Assembly: GCA_041664225.1 (NCBI GenBank)
Contig: JBAYLE010000001.1
Coordinates: forward strand, 68,939-132,938
DNA from: Parcubacteria group bacterium
Lineage (GTDB): Bacteria > Patescibacteriota > Minisyncoccia > Moranbacterales > UBA2206
Reading direction: 5' to 3'
Length of the DNA: 64,000 nt
Of this stretch, positions 45,989 to 56,697 are shown piece after piece (positions within the stretch are counted from its first letter, which is position 1; each line of letters begins with the position of its first letter). A program made the position numbers and the translations under genes. The notes under the pieces were generated by a model. The model worked only from the letters and a program-made list of their open reading frames with translations. It did not search any database and was not told where the DNA came from.

Positions 45989-48900
45989 TTAGCCTAATTC
46001 AAAGGTTATTTCCGGAATAGCATTTTTAAGTGAAACGAAAAGATCTTCAGTATGTTCTACGCAATAGGGAGTCTCCAATTTGGAATTACTGATGGATAAA
46101 AAAACTTTTGTCGATCCGCGGTTGCATGTGTCAAAAAAACTGGAGATTTTTTTTAGTGTCTCCTGAGTGGAATTATTTGGCAGAGTGATGGTGAGTTTCA
46201 ACGAGGTATTATTTTCTGTTCGGCTGCCGTTAATTTTTTGCGTGTCTAAAATCCTTTGAAATTTTTCTAGCTCTTCTTGGGTGACAGCCGTGACGGTGTC
46301 GCAAAGCAGTTTGAACTGGCCGTCCTTGTCAGAAAGTTTTCCGCTGGCCAGAATAATTTTTTCTTCTTCCCAGACTGATCCGGTTGCTTCCAGGGTTTTG
46401 GGGAAAACCAAAATTTCAATCTTACTTTCCATATCTTCGACAGTGACGAAGAGCATGGTCTTTTGGTTTTTCAGATATATTTTATCGATCTTGGAAATAA
46501 CGCCGCCCACGTTGATGTTTTGACCGACCAGCTGCTGGTCTATTTCTTTGATAGGCGTCGACATCTTGCGGAAATATTCCTTGTATTCTTTGACTGGATG
46601 ATCGCTGATGTATAAACCTAATAATTCTTTTTCCCAATTCAGCCGCTGCTTCGGAGAAGCCGGTTCGGTTTCCAAAATTTTGATTTCCGGCATAGACAAA
46701 TCTTCGGTGCCAAAGAGACTGACTTGATGAGAATTTTTTATATTTTGGAAATTTTTGGAATGCGCCAGGATATTTTCGATGGAGACGATAATCTGGTTTC
46801 TTTCGCCAAAGCCCTCCAGTGCACCAACCTTGGCTAACGCCTCGATAGATTTTTTATTGAGATCCTTGGTGGTCACTCTTTCAATAAAATCAGTGAGGTT
46901 TTTAAATTTTCCGTTTCTCTTTCTTTCCTCAACGATTTCGTGAGCGACGGTGTGGCCGACATTTTTGATGGCATTGAGTCCAAAGCGGATTCTTTCCGTT
47001 TTTGTTTCTGGGTCAACGATAACTGCGAATTCCTCGAAGCTTTCATTGATATGCGGCGCCATGACCTCGACACCCATATCACGGCATTCGGAAACTTCAA
47101 TGGCGACACGATCAATGACATCCGCATCGGAGGTCAAAAGGGCAGCCATAAATTCAGCCGGAAAGCGCGCTTTAAGATAGGCGGTTTGGTAGCCGATGAG
47201 GGCGTAGCAAGCCGCGTGTGAGCGATTGAAGCCATAGCCGGCAAACGGCTCGATATATTCAAAAACTTTTTCACCGATAGCACCAGGGATCCCTTGATCA
47301 ATACAACCGCTGATAAATTTTTGTTTTTGTTCTTGAATCAGAGTAAAAATTTTCTTGCCCATAGCTTTGCGCAAAACATCCGCTTCACCCAGGGAAAATC
47401 CGGCCAAGTCTCGAGCAATCTGCATTACTTGCTCTTGGTACACGGCTACTCCGTATGTTTTATCTAGAATTGACTCTAGTTTTGGATGCAGGTATTTTAT
47501 TTGTTTCTCGCCGTGTTTTCGGGCAATGAAATCAGGGATCCAATCCATCGGTCCCGGACGATAAAGTGCCACCATAGCAATGATATCTTCTAGTACATTT
47601 GGTTTTAGCAATTTGAGATAGCGTTTCATACCGGAACTTTCAAGTTGGAATACTCCGGTTGTTTCCGCTTTTTGCAGGAGGCGAAAAGCCTTTTTATCGT
47701 CCAGGGGGATATCGTCGATATTGATATCCAAATTTTTGATTTTGCGCACAATGCGCAAGGTGTTTTGGATGATGGTGAGATTTTTGAGTCCCAAAAAATC
47801 CATCTTGAGGAGTCCAATTTTTTCTACAAAACTATATTTGGTTGAGGAAGAATATTGTGTAACCGTTCCCTCGCCCTTGTTTTTGCCGGTGATGTTTTGA
47901 AGTGGCGTGTATTCGGTCACTGGTTCTTTGGTAATCACTACTCCACAAGCGTGCATCGAGGCATGGCGAGCCACACCCTCCAGGCGCTTGGCACTGTCGA
48001 TGAGTTTTTTTGCGTCGCCACCACTCGCGTAGAGATCTTTGAATTCCTTGGCTTCTTCCAGAGCTTCTTTGATATCGGAAAACTGGGGGATTAATTTAGC
48101 AGTTTTATCACAAAAATCGTAAGGGAGACCCAGGGCTCGGCCGGCATCGCGCACAGCGGCACGCGCGGCCATGGTTCCAAAGGTTATGATTTGCGCCACG
48201 TGGTCGTTGCCGTATTTTTTTCGCACATATTCCAAGACTTCATCGCGCCGGTCGTCGGCAAAATCCATATCCACATCGGGCATGGAAACTCTTTCTGGAT
48301 TCAAAAATCTTTCGAAAAGTAGATCATATTTGATCGGATCGATGTTGGTGATGCCAACCAGGTAGGAAACAAAACTGCCGGCGGCGCTGCCGCGTCCCGG
48401 GCCGACGACAATGCCCTGATCTTTGGCCCAATTAACAAAATCCTGGACGATCAAAAAGTATGATGCATAGCCGGTTTTTTCAATGACACCCAGTTCGTAG
48501 GCCATGCGCTCCTTATGTTCATCTGAAATATTTTCAGCATTTTCTCCAAATCTTTTTTTAAGTCCTTTTTCACACAAATGCCGCAAATAAGTTTCGGCGG
48601 TAAAACCTTCCGGCACATCAAAATATGGCAACTGAGTCTCGCCTAGTTTTATCTTCAAGTTGCACTTATCGACAATTTCTTGGGTGTTGGTTAGAGCGTC
48701 TGGCGTATCCTTGAAATGTTCTCCCATTTCCTCCGGACTTTTAAGATACAATTCAAAGTCCATCAAGTTCATGCGGTCTATTTCGGCGACCTTTTTGTTT
48801 GTTTGGATGCAAAGTAGAATATCTTGAATTTCGGCGTCTTCCTTGTTCACGTAATGGATGTCATTGGTGGCAACCAGCGGGATATTGTGTTTTCTGGCAA

Positions 48901-49498
48901 TTTTAATCAGCGCGTCATTGGCGATTTTTTGGTTGGAAAATTTAGGATGGTGTTGAATTTCGAGATAAAAATTGCCCTGGCCAAAAATATCTTGATATTC
49001 CAACGACAGCTTTTCGGCTTTTTCCATATCGCCGGAAATAGCCGCAGCTGGCACCTCACCTTCCGCGCAAGCGGAGAGGCCGATGAGTCCTTCCGCGTAT
49101 TTTCGTAAAACCTCGCGATCGATGCGGGGCTTATAATAGAAGCCTTCCAAGTGGGCGACAGAGATCAATTTCATTAGATTTTTGTAGCCCTTTTCGTTTT
49201 TGGCAAGCAGAATAAGATGATGTCTTTTTCTGTCTTCACTGGACGGATTTTTACTGTGGAGGTCGTGGGGCGTAATGTACATTTCGCAGCCAATGATCGG
49301 TTTGATTCCGCGCTCTTTGGCTTTGATGAAAAACTCAATGGCGCCATACAAAACACCGTGGTCGGTGATGGCCAAAGAATCCATACCAAGTTCTTTGGCG
49401 CGGTCAAGAATATCATCGATCTTAGCGAGACCGTCTAAAAGGGAATAATGAGTGTGAACGTGGAGGTGGGTAAATTTTGGCTTGGTGGTTTCGGGCAT
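45989..49498 (-). CDS. dnaE: DNA polymerase III alpha subunit
   Basis: 1169 aa; N-terminal PHP domain HLHVHTHYSLLDG, polymerase core and OB domain. Confidence 0.96.
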   Translation of the reverse strand: MPETTKPKFTHLHVHTHYSLLDGLAKIDDILDRAKELGMDSLAITDHGVLYGAIEFFIKAKERGIKPIIGCEMYITPHDLHSKNPSSEDRKRHHLILLAKNEKGYKNLMKLISVAHLEGFYYKPRIDREVLRKYAEGLIGLSACAEGEVPAAAISGDMEKAEKLSLEYQDIFGQGNFYLEIQHHPKFSNQKIANDALIKIARKHNIPLVATNDIHYVNKEDAEIQDILLCIQTNKKVAEIDRMNLMDFELYLKSPEEMGEHFKDTPDALTNTQEIVDKCNLKIKLGETQLPYFDVPEGFTAETYLRHLCEKGLKKRFGENAENISDEHKERMAYELGVIEKTGYASYFLIVQDFVNWAKDQGIVVGPGRGSAAGSFVSYLVGITNIDPIKYDLLFERFLNPERVSMPDVDMDFADDRRDEVLEYVRKKYGNDHVAQIITFGTMAARAAVRDAGRALGLPYDFCDKTAKLIPQFSDIKEALEEAKEFKDLYASGGDAKKLIDSAKRLEGVARHASMHACGVVITKEPVTEYTPLQNITGKNKGEGTVTQYSSSTKYSFVEKIGLLKMDFLGLKNLTIIQNTLRIVRKIKNLDINIDDIPLDDKKAFRLLQKAETTGVFQLESSGMKRYLKLLKPNVLEDIIAMVALYRPGPMDWIPDFIARKHGEKQIKYLHPKLESILDKTYGVAVYQEQVMQIARDLAGFSLGEADVLRKAMGKKIFTLIQEQKQKFISGCIDQGIPGAIGEKVFEYIEPFAGYGFNRSHAACYALIGYQTAYLKARFPAEFMAALLTSDADVIDRVAIEVSECRDMGVEVMAPHINESFEEFAVIVDPETKTERIRFGLNAIKNVGHTVAHEIVEERKRNGKFKNLTDFIERVTTKDLNKKSIEALAKVGALEGFGERNQIIVSIENILAHSKNFQNIKNSHQVSLFGTEDLSMPEIKILETEPASPKQRLNWEKELLGLYISDHPVKEYKEYFRKMSTPIKEIDQQLVGQNINVGGVISKIDKIYLKNQKTMLFVTVEDMESKIEILVFPKTLEATGSVWEEEKIILASGKLSDKDGQFKLLCDTVTAVTQEELEKFQRILDTQKINGSRTENNTSLKLTITLPNNSTQETLKKISSFFDTCNRGSTKVFLSISNSKLETPYCVEHTEDLFVSLKNAIPEITFELG

Positions 49499-49789
49499 AT
49501 TGTGCTAGTTATAATTTTTGAATTTTTAATTTTGTAATTTTTAAATAAATCACAATTCTCTAATTTTTAAACATTTAAACATCAGAAATTATTTAAAAAT
49601 TAAAAATTGGAAATTAAGAATTTGAGCGAAATAAAAAACCGGCTAATCTAAGTGATATCCCAGTCTTTGAAAATAAATAAAATCTTTGTCATATGATTAT
49701 TCTATCTTCATATCCCGGGTTGCCCGCTGGGTTTTGCAAGATAGGTTTTACATAAGGCTAGTATAACATAAAAATGCTATAATACAAAC

Positions 49790-50488
49790 ATGATAAAATC
49801 CACATTTGATCTAGAAAACGCATTATCAGCAGATGGATATAAATTTATTATCGGTATTGATGAGGCTGGGAGAGGACCATTGGCAGGACCGGTAATCGCC
49901 AGCGCTGTCGCGCTGCGCAATTTCCAATTTCCATCCGCCAGCCGGCGGACCAATTTCCAAACAAATTCCAATAACCAAATTTCCAATGATAAAAATTGGG
50001 ATTTTGTGCGTGATTCAAAGACATTGTCTGAAAAACAACGGGAAAAAATGTTTGATTTTGTCCACGAGCATTTTTATGTCGGGGTAGGGATTTGCGATCA
50101 CGAAACGATTGACCGGGTAAATATTTTAGAGGCTACTTATTTGGCTATGAAAACCGCTCTTTCAGATTTGCGCGGCAAAATTAACTATAAGGATTGGCGA
50201 CATATAATAGTGGTGGATGGAAACAAAAAAATACCCAATTTGAGCCTGGAGCAAAAAGCGATAGTGAATGGAGATAGACTAGTGAAGTCCATTTCTGCCG
50301 CTTCGATCATAGCCAAAGTTACGCGCGACCGGATCATGCTGGAAATGCACGCAAAATATCCAGAATATAATTTTGCCCAGCATAAAGGTTACGGAACGAA
50401 AATGCATTTCGCAATGCTGGAAAAAAACGGACCATGCGAAATCCATCGCCGCAGTTTCGCCCCGGTGAAAAAGTCTCGCCAGAGATAA
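49790..50488 (+). CDS. rnhB: Ribonuclease HII (with low-complexity insertion)
   Basis: IIGIDEAGRGPLAGPV catalytic motif; ~30 aa Asn/Gln-rich insert. Confidence 0.9.
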   Translation: MIKSTFDLENALSADGYKFIIGIDEAGRGPLAGPVIASAVALRNFQFPSASRRTNFQTNSNNQISNDKNWDFVRDSKTLSEKQREKMFDFVHEHFYVGVGICDHETIDRVNILEATYLAMKTALSDLRGKINYKDWRHIIVVDGNKKIPNLSLEQKAIVNGDRLVKSISAASIIAKVTRDRIMLEMHAKYPEYNFAQHKGYGTKMHFAMLEKNGPCEIHRRSFAPVKKSRQR

Positions 50489-50537
50489 AAACCTCTTTGT
50501 TTCTTGCCCTAAAAAATGCTAAAATTAGAGTAGAAAA

Positions 50538-51707
50538 ATGAATAAATATTCCAGACTAAAAATACTTTTTTTCGCAATAATATTCTGCGGAACTTTTAAG
50601 TTAGCAGAAAATTCTCTGGCAGCTCCGGCCGTCACGGGCGTTTCAGGCACAGTTGAACATGGACAAAATATTACGATAACGGGCACGGAGTTTGGAACGA
50701 AATCAACCGCGGCGCCTTGGAAATTCGATGATTTTAGCGGCGGAGCAAACGGACAGACACTAAATGAATACACAAACGGCTGGAGCACGTCAATTACATC
50801 TCCGCTTTGTGGTGATCCTTGGCCTGACCATAATTGCATACCCGTTTATTCTAATTCGATAATAAGGCCAAACACGACGATGAGCTTGTTGTCGAGATTT
50901 CCCACTGTCTATCAAGGACCGTATGACAGCCAGTTTTGGATAACGTCCGATGAGCCATTTTCAGATGTTTATATTGATTATTATTTATACGCAGACACCG
51001 ACTCTCCATATGCACGGAATATGAAATTTTTCAGATTGCTTTCTGAAAGATATGACGCCCACCTGGCTCCTTATTTTGATAGTTATTATGTTTCTTACAG
51101 AACTAGTGCAGAACTTACTACGGATAATACTTCAGCCAATAATCCCGGCGCGTGCAGCACTTCTTCAGGCGGGAATGGGGTTGTTAAAAATTTGCCGTAT
51201 ATAGCAGATACTTCGAATAATTGGATTCACGTGCAGATTTTAAACAGGCTGAATACTCCCGGTACTGCCGACGGAACTATGCAAATGTGGGTAAACGGCG
51301 TGAATTATAAAGATGTAGCCAATTATTGCATTCGGGAAGCAGATAATACTGATGCGTGGAAAACATTAGGGCTCGGCAAGGAATGGTATCAGGATACAGT
51401 GGGCGATTCAGGTTCTGACAATTATTGGTCGAATGTTTATGTGGATAAAACTCCCGCGAGAGTAATGTTGTGTAACAATAGCAACTTTTCGTCAGCGACG
51501 ATCTGCGAGCCACAAATTCCTTCGGGGTGGGGAGCAACTTCAATTACAACAGCGGTAAACATTGGAGATCTTCCAAGCACCGGCACGGCTTACCTTTTTG
51601 TTTTTGACGCGGATAATAATCACAACGCGACAGGCTATCCAGTGACTTTGGGCGCGATGCCGGACACTACCCCGCCGGCCAGCCCTACTGGATTGAGCGT
51701 GAATTAA
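50538..51707 (+). CDS. Secreted protein (signal peptide; jelly-roll/lectin-like) ending in TPPASPTGLSVN*
   Basis: N-terminal signal peptide; no catalytic family assigned. Confidence 0.6.
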   Translation: MNKYSRLKILFFAIIFCGTFKLAENSLAAPAVTGVSGTVEHGQNITITGTEFGTKSTAAPWKFDDFSGGANGQTLNEYTNGWSTSITSPLCGDPWPDHNCIPVYSNSIIRPNTTMSLLSRFPTVYQGPYDSQFWITSDEPFSDVYIDYYLYADTDSPYARNMKFFRLLSERYDAHLAPYFDSYYVSYRTSAELTTDNTSANNPGACSTSSGGNGVVKNLPYIADTSNNWIHVQILNRLNTPGTADGTMQMWVNGVNYKDVANYCIREADNTDAWKTLGLGKEWYQDTVGDSGSDNYWSNVYVDKTPARVMLCNNSNFSSATICEPQIPSGWGATSITTAVNIGDLPSTGTAYLFVFDADNNHNATGYPVTLGAMPDTTPPASPTGLSVN

Positions 51708-51723
51708 AAGTTTATAAAGTAGA

Positions 51724-53208
51724 ATGAAAAAAGAGAACATGAAATTAAAAATCATTCTTACAACAATTTTATTCTGTGGTTTTTTCGGCTTGGTCCACTC
51801 CGCTTCCGCCAAGACTTTTTATCTGGACGGGGATTTAAGTTTCAATTGTTCTGGAAATTATTCGATTGCAAATAAAAATTGTTCGGGGAGTGACGGAGAT
51901 GCGTATGTGTCCTTGGCTGATGCTGAAACCGCTCTGCAGGGAAGCGACACTCTGTATATCCGATCGGGCACTTATTCGCACGCGACAACTAATAGTAATA
52001 CGGCGGGAATTTTAGACATTACAAAAGCCGGTTCTGCTGGAAATCCAACGATTGTAAGCGGTTATCCCGGAGAACAGCCGGTCATCTGCGCTTATCAGGG
52101 GCATTGCAACTACAATCCCAACCCGGCTGATAATAGCGTTACTCCGTGCACCCCCGGAACGTCTGCCGGAGGCGCGGCTTGTTATTATCCCAACCCGGCC
52201 GTATCTATCCAGAACAGTTATGTGAAATTAATAAATATCAAAACCTACGGGCAGGTTGTATTGCCCTATATTAATGGCAAGCATGACATCACCATAGAAC
52301 AATGTGATATTGGAGGAGCGGGCCCGTTTCTCAACCAGGGGCAGGCTTTAGCCATAGACGGTTATGATTCTTCACCTGGAGCATATAATATAACTGTTCA
52401 GAATAATAAAATCCACCACAGCGCTTGGGGCGAGGCAATTTTAAACAGCAGCACGCTGATGACGTATGCAACTGGTGATTTAATTATAGAAAACAACGAA
52501 TTTTCTGATGGCTACGGTCCGGATGTGAGAATTAAGGACGGGAATTATCAGGGCGGAACAAAATCGGTTACAATCAGAAACAACTTTTTCAAGCCATCCA
52601 CCATCAGTCCGGGAAATTCAGGAGTAAGCGGCGTAGGGCAGTGGGACCAGCTATATATGGTCTATGTTCATAACAATATATTTTTTGGCAAGAACATTGC
52701 CGGCGGGCATGATACAAGCAATATTATGTATTATAATAATACATTCATTGATAATGATTATGATTTATACTCTTGGGCGGCCGGACTGACTTTATCATCT
52801 TATAACAATCTCCACTACCACTCCAACAGCAGCAAATATTATATATACCACGAAAACCAGAGCCCCACTACAGTGCTAATTTCAGATTATAATTTATTTT
52901 ACCAGACTGGCACTGGAAATAAGTGGAAAAATGGGGCTACATCCACCACCAGTTTTTCTGCCTGGCAGGGAGCAGGCTATGACGCAAATTCCATAAATAG
53001 CAGCGATCCAAACTTCGTCAACGCTTCCGGCAATTTTAATATACCGACAGATTTCAAGCGAAATTCTTACACTGAAAATTTTATCGGCTCAAGTTACGGC
53101 AATCATGCCGGCGCCTATGAAACCGGCAATGAAACCATCGGCGTTGACTGGACAACTCCGGCGGATGTGACGCCGCCGGCCAGCCCGACAGGATTAAGCG
53201 TTAGCTAG
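51724..53208 (+). CDS. Secreted right-handed parallel beta-helix (pectate-lyase-fold) protein ending in TPPASPTGLSVS*
   Basis: Signal peptide; repeated NN-containing PbH1-like coils (QNNKIHH, ENNEFSDG, RNNFFK, HNNIFFG, YNNTFIDND). Confidence 0.65.
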   Translation: MKKENMKLKIILTTILFCGFFGLVHSASAKTFYLDGDLSFNCSGNYSIANKNCSGSDGDAYVSLADAETALQGSDTLYIRSGTYSHATTNSNTAGILDITKAGSAGNPTIVSGYPGEQPVICAYQGHCNYNPNPADNSVTPCTPGTSAGGAACYYPNPAVSIQNSYVKLINIKTYGQVVLPYINGKHDITIEQCDIGGAGPFLNQGQALAIDGYDSSPGAYNITVQNNKIHHSAWGEAILNSSTLMTYATGDLIIENNEFSDGYGPDVRIKDGNYQGGTKSVTIRNNFFKPSTISPGNSGVSGVGQWDQLYMVYVHNNIFFGKNIAGGHDTSNIMYYNNTFIDNDYDLYSWAAGLTLSSYNNLHYHSNSSKYYIYHENQSPTTVLISDYNLFYQTGTGNKWKNGATSTTSFSAWQGAGYDANSINSSDPNFVNASGNFNIPTDFKRNSYTENFIGSSYGNHAGAYETGNETIGVDWTTPADVTPPASPTGLSVS

Positions 53209-53268
53209 AAAATTAGTATATTTATGCTGTAATAAAGTCAGAAAAGATACTCTGATTTTTGGTAAAAT

Positions 53269-53652
53269 ATGAAAAAATCAATCATAATATTGTTGATAAT
53301 TCTATTCGTAGGTTTGTTGTTGTTCCAGGCCCTTTCTGGTAAAATAGAGGCAAGTGGGCAAGCTAATTTGTCGTGGAATCCGAATACTGAAGCGGATGTA
53401 GTCGGCTACAGGATTTATTATGGCACGGCTCCCAGAAACGCGGACTGTCCGCCAGGCGGCTATACTGACAATATTGATGTTAAAAAGGCGACAAATTATA
53501 AAATTGAAAATTTAAAAAATAATCAGACCTACTATTTTTCTGTGACATCCTACGACAATTCCAAAAAAGAAAGCTGTTTTTCCGAGGAGATGAAAAAAAC
53601 GATATCTATTGTATCAAATCTTAAAGCTATATTCAAAAAAAGTGATAAATAA
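53269..53652 (+). CDS. Small secreted FN3-like domain protein (domain begins at strand B)
   Basis: Signal peptide then ANLSWNPNTEADVVGYRIYYGT FN3 B-C strands. Confidence 0.6.
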   Translation: MKKSIIILLIILFVGLLLFQALSGKIEASGQANLSWNPNTEADVVGYRIYYGTAPRNADCPPGGYTDNIDVKKATNYKIENLKNNQTYYFSVTSYDNSKKESCFSEEMKKTISIVSNLKAIFKKSDK

Positions 53653-53719
53653 ATTTTTTTTGGACAGTGATAAATTCAAAGAGAAAAAAATAAAATTAAA
53701 ACTTTTCAGGGGATTTTTG

Positions 53720-55045
53720 ATGGCGGCTTTCTTGCTGATAGTTTTTGGTGTGTTGGGGTTTATTTTCCGCAGTGATTTAAAATTGCGAACGAATGCCTCA
53801 ACCTACGGTTCGGCAGTTCTCGTCTGGGATGCCAACAGCGAACCGGATCTGGCCGGATATAAAATTTATTATGACACTTCTTCTCATTCCGGAAGCTGCC
53901 CCGAAGGGTATGGAGCAAATGTTGTGGATGTCGGGAATGTCACGACTTATACTATTGGAACTCATCCTGGAGACCCAGACCTGGTCTATGGCCAGACTTA
54001 CTATTTTTCCATAACGGCTTATGACGATGCTTCTCCGGCTAATGAAAGCGACTGTTCCAGTGAAGTAAGCAAGTTAATAAATGCTCCAACAATCACGAAT
54101 GTTACTTCAGACAAAACCGATGGAACTTATGATACTAATGCAGTCATTGACATCGATGTTACTTTTTCCGAAGCGGTAACTTCTACAGGAGTTGTTATAG
54201 TCACTTTGGAAACCGGCGCGACCGACAGGACTTGCACTTTTACTATAACGAATTCAACAACTGGAACCTGTAATTACACTGTTCAAGCTGGCGACAGCTC
54301 GAGCGATTTAAATGTCAATAGTGTTTCCGGCACGATTAAAGACCAGGGGTTGAACGAAATGACCAATTTTGCGCCTACAACAAACCTGTCCACGAATAAA
54401 AATTTAATTATCAATGGCGTCAGCCCAGATACTATTCCGCCCGACAGATCGAACGGATCTCCCACGGGCAAACTTTCTTCAGGGACAAAAAGCAAAACAA
54501 TATCGCTTACGACCAATGAAAACGCGACTTGCAAATATGCGACTTTGTCAGGGGTTGATTATTCATCAATGACTTCAACTTTTACAACTACTGGCGGAAC
54601 ATCTCATTCTGAGAGCATTTCGGGTCTTAGCAACAATCATTCTTATAATTACTTTGTGCGTTGTCAGGATGAATCTTTAAATTCCAACCTCGACGATTAT
54701 GTGATATCTTTTTCAGTCAATAAAAAATCTTCCGGTTCCAGTAGTTCTTTAAAAAGCAAGAAATCAACTAAATATAAAATCAGCAATACGCCCAAAAATC
54801 TTGGCCGCGGCCAAATCGCCATCCAATCCGGGAAAAAATTCTCCAAAAATAGTTTTGTAAAGCTTTATTTTTCAAGACCACTGGGGGGTTATTACGCGCC
54901 GCAAATAGTAAAAACGTCTATTACGGGAACATTTGCAATTTCCTACAAGATTCCTTGGTATAAGCCGTCCGGAAAATATACTTGGTATGCGGTAGATGGG
55001 AAAACCGGGTCAAAAAGTAATAAAATTACATATACAGTTAAATAG
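53720..55045 (+). CDS. Secreted multi-domain surface protein (N-terminal FN3-like domain lacking strand A + Ig-like repeats)
   Basis: TM/signal MAAFLLIVFGVLGFI; SAVLVWDANSEPDLAGYKIYY FN3 core; start set to ATG 53720 inside ORF opening at 53609. Confidence 0.6.
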   Translation: MAAFLLIVFGVLGFIFRSDLKLRTNASTYGSAVLVWDANSEPDLAGYKIYYDTSSHSGSCPEGYGANVVDVGNVTTYTIGTHPGDPDLVYGQTYYFSITAYDDASPANESDCSSEVSKLINAPTITNVTSDKTDGTYDTNAVIDIDVTFSEAVTSTGVVIVTLETGATDRTCTFTITNSTTGTCNYTVQAGDSSSDLNVNSVSGTIKDQGLNEMTNFAPTTNLSTNKNLIINGVSPDTIPPDRSNGSPTGKLSSGTKSKTISLTTNENATCKYATLSGVDYSSMTSTFTTTGGTSHSESISGLSNNHSYNYFVRCQDESLNSNLDDYVISFSVNKKSSGSSSSLKSKKSTKYKISNTPKNLGRGQIAIQSGKKFSKNSFVKLYFSRPLGGYYAPQIVKTSITGTFAISYKIPWYKPSGKYTWYAVDGKTGSKSNKITYTVK

Positions 55046-55175
55046 GACTCCTGTTTTTTTGTTGCTTTTAAAAGGTCAGGAGCTTTTATTGTTTTTAATT
55101 TATAGTCTTGCCAAAAAGCCTGTTTGATGATAGATTTAACAATGTAATAATATAACAATTTAGCAATATAATTTT

Positions 55176-55382
55176 ATGTCAGTACAAAAGCAAAGACACA
55201 CCAAAGGCAGGCGCGATCGGGCCAGAGTCAATCTGCGGCTCAAAAAGAAAAGCCTGGTCAAGTGCACCCACTGCGGCGCCATGATTGTCGCGCATACTGC
55301 TTGCTCAAAATGCGGGTACTACAAGGGCAAAGAGGTGGTGGATACGATGAAAAAAATTAACAAAAAAGCAAAGAAAAAATAA
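55176..55382 (+). CDS. rpmF: 50S ribosomal protein L32 (zinc-ribbon type)
   Basis: 68 aa; KCTHCGA...CSKCG C4 motif. Confidence 0.85.
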   Translation: MSVQKQRHTKGRRDRARVNLRLKKKSLVKCTHCGAMIVAHTACSKCGYYKGKEVVDTMKKINKKAKKK

Positions 55383-55883
55383 ATGGCTAATCGTCATCTT
55401 TCACGTTCAATTGCGATGCAAACGCTGTATGAATGGGATTTTAATGGAAGAAAGAAAAGCAATGTCGACGAACTAATTGAAAAAAATATAAAGGAATTTG
55501 GTCCAGGAATGGATGATGATTCCTTTGTTTTTTCTTTGGTGAAAGGTGTGATTGCGAATCAGAAAAAAGTCGATCCGATTATCGAAAAGTGCGCCCCAGA
55601 ATGGCCATTGGAGCAGGTTACAATTGTTGATCGAAATATCTTGCGCTTGGGGATTTACGAACTATTATTTGGAAATTATGAGGAAGTTCCGCCGAAAGTA
55701 GCAATTAATGAATCAATTGAGCTGGCTAAGTCATTCGGAGGGGAATCTTCTGGCCGGTTTGTAAATGGAGTTCTGGGAACGATCTATCGCGAACTCGGCG
55801 AGCCGCTCAAAGACGATACTTCCAAGAAGGATAAAAAATCTATTAAAAAGACAGAGGCAAAAAAAGAAGGAAAGAAAAAATAA
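55383..55883 (+). CDS. nusB: Transcription antitermination factor NusB
   Basis: [13 protein letters not shown]...FVNGVLG NusB helical pattern. Confidence 0.88.
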   Translation: MANRHLSRSIAMQTLYEWDFNGRKKSNVDELIEKNIKEFGPGMDDDSFVFSLVKGVIANQKKVDPIIEKCAPEWPLEQVTIVDRNILRLGIYELLFGNYEEVPPKVAINESIELAKSFGGESSGRFVNGVLGTIYRELGEPLKDDTSKKDKKSIKKTEAKKEGKKK

Positions 55884-55998
55884 TAAGTTTTTTTTAAATT
55901 TCTAACTACCAATATCTAATTCCTGATAAAATGTCAAAGTTTTAAAATTAGACATACGAAATTTTATTGGAAATTGGTAATTAGGAATTATGAATTGA

Positions 55999-56688
55999 AT
56001 GATAGAAAATCTTGCAAAAAAAATCGGAGTTGAATTTAATGATATAAATTTTTTGCGGCAGGCCGTTACCCATCGTTCATATTTAAACGAACACCGCGAC
56101 TATGGGCTTGATCACAATGAGCGTCTCGAATTTTTGGGGGATGCTGTTTTGGAATTGGTGGTTACCGAATATTTGTATGAGAATTTTCCGAATCCTGAGG
56201 GTGAGCTGACAAATTGGCGGGCAGCCCTGGTCAATGGCGAAATGCTGGCCAAAATTTCCAAACGAATAGGCGTGGAGGAATTTTTACTGATGAGCCGGGG
56301 TGAAGCTAAAGATACGGGTAAAGCCAGGCAATATCTTTTGGCGAATGCTTTTGAATCTATCACAGGCGCCATCTATCTGGATCAAAAAGAAAGCGGTTAT
56401 AATGCCGCCAAGGAATTTATAATGAAAAATGTAATAGTTGAGCTTCCGGAAATAATCGAAAAAAAGTTATATATGGATCCCAAGAGCCGTTTTCAAGAAG
56501 TAGCACAGGATAAGATCGGTGTAACGCCGGCGTATCGAGTAATGGATGAAAGCGGTCCGGATCACGACCGAAAATTTACAGTCGGGATCTATCTAAATGA
56601 CGAGTTAATCGCTAAAGGCGACGGTTCTTCCAAGCAGGAAGCCCAGCGAAACGCGGCGGCTGCCGCATTGGAAGTTAAGGGCTGGTAA
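55999..56688 (+). CDS. rnc: Ribonuclease III
   Basis: ERLEFLGDAVLELVVTEYL catalytic signature + C-terminal dsRBD. Confidence 0.94.
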   Translation: MIENLAKKIGVEFNDINFLRQAVTHRSYLNEHRDYGLDHNERLEFLGDAVLELVVTEYLYENFPNPEGELTNWRAALVNGEMLAKISKRIGVEEFLLMSRGEAKDTGKARQYLLANAFESITGAIYLDQKESGYNAAKEFIMKNVIVELPEIIEKKLYMDPKSRFQEVAQDKIGVTPAYRVMDESGPDHDRKFTVGIYLNDELIAKGDGSSKQEAQRNAAAAALEVKGW

Positions 56689-56697
56689 AACAAAAAA

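Noticed and set aside
49499-49789. AT-rich 290-bp dnaE-rnhB intergenic region as a replication origin
   Set aside because: No dnaA gene or recognisable DnaA-box clusters (TTATCCACA-like); more likely a divergent promoter region.
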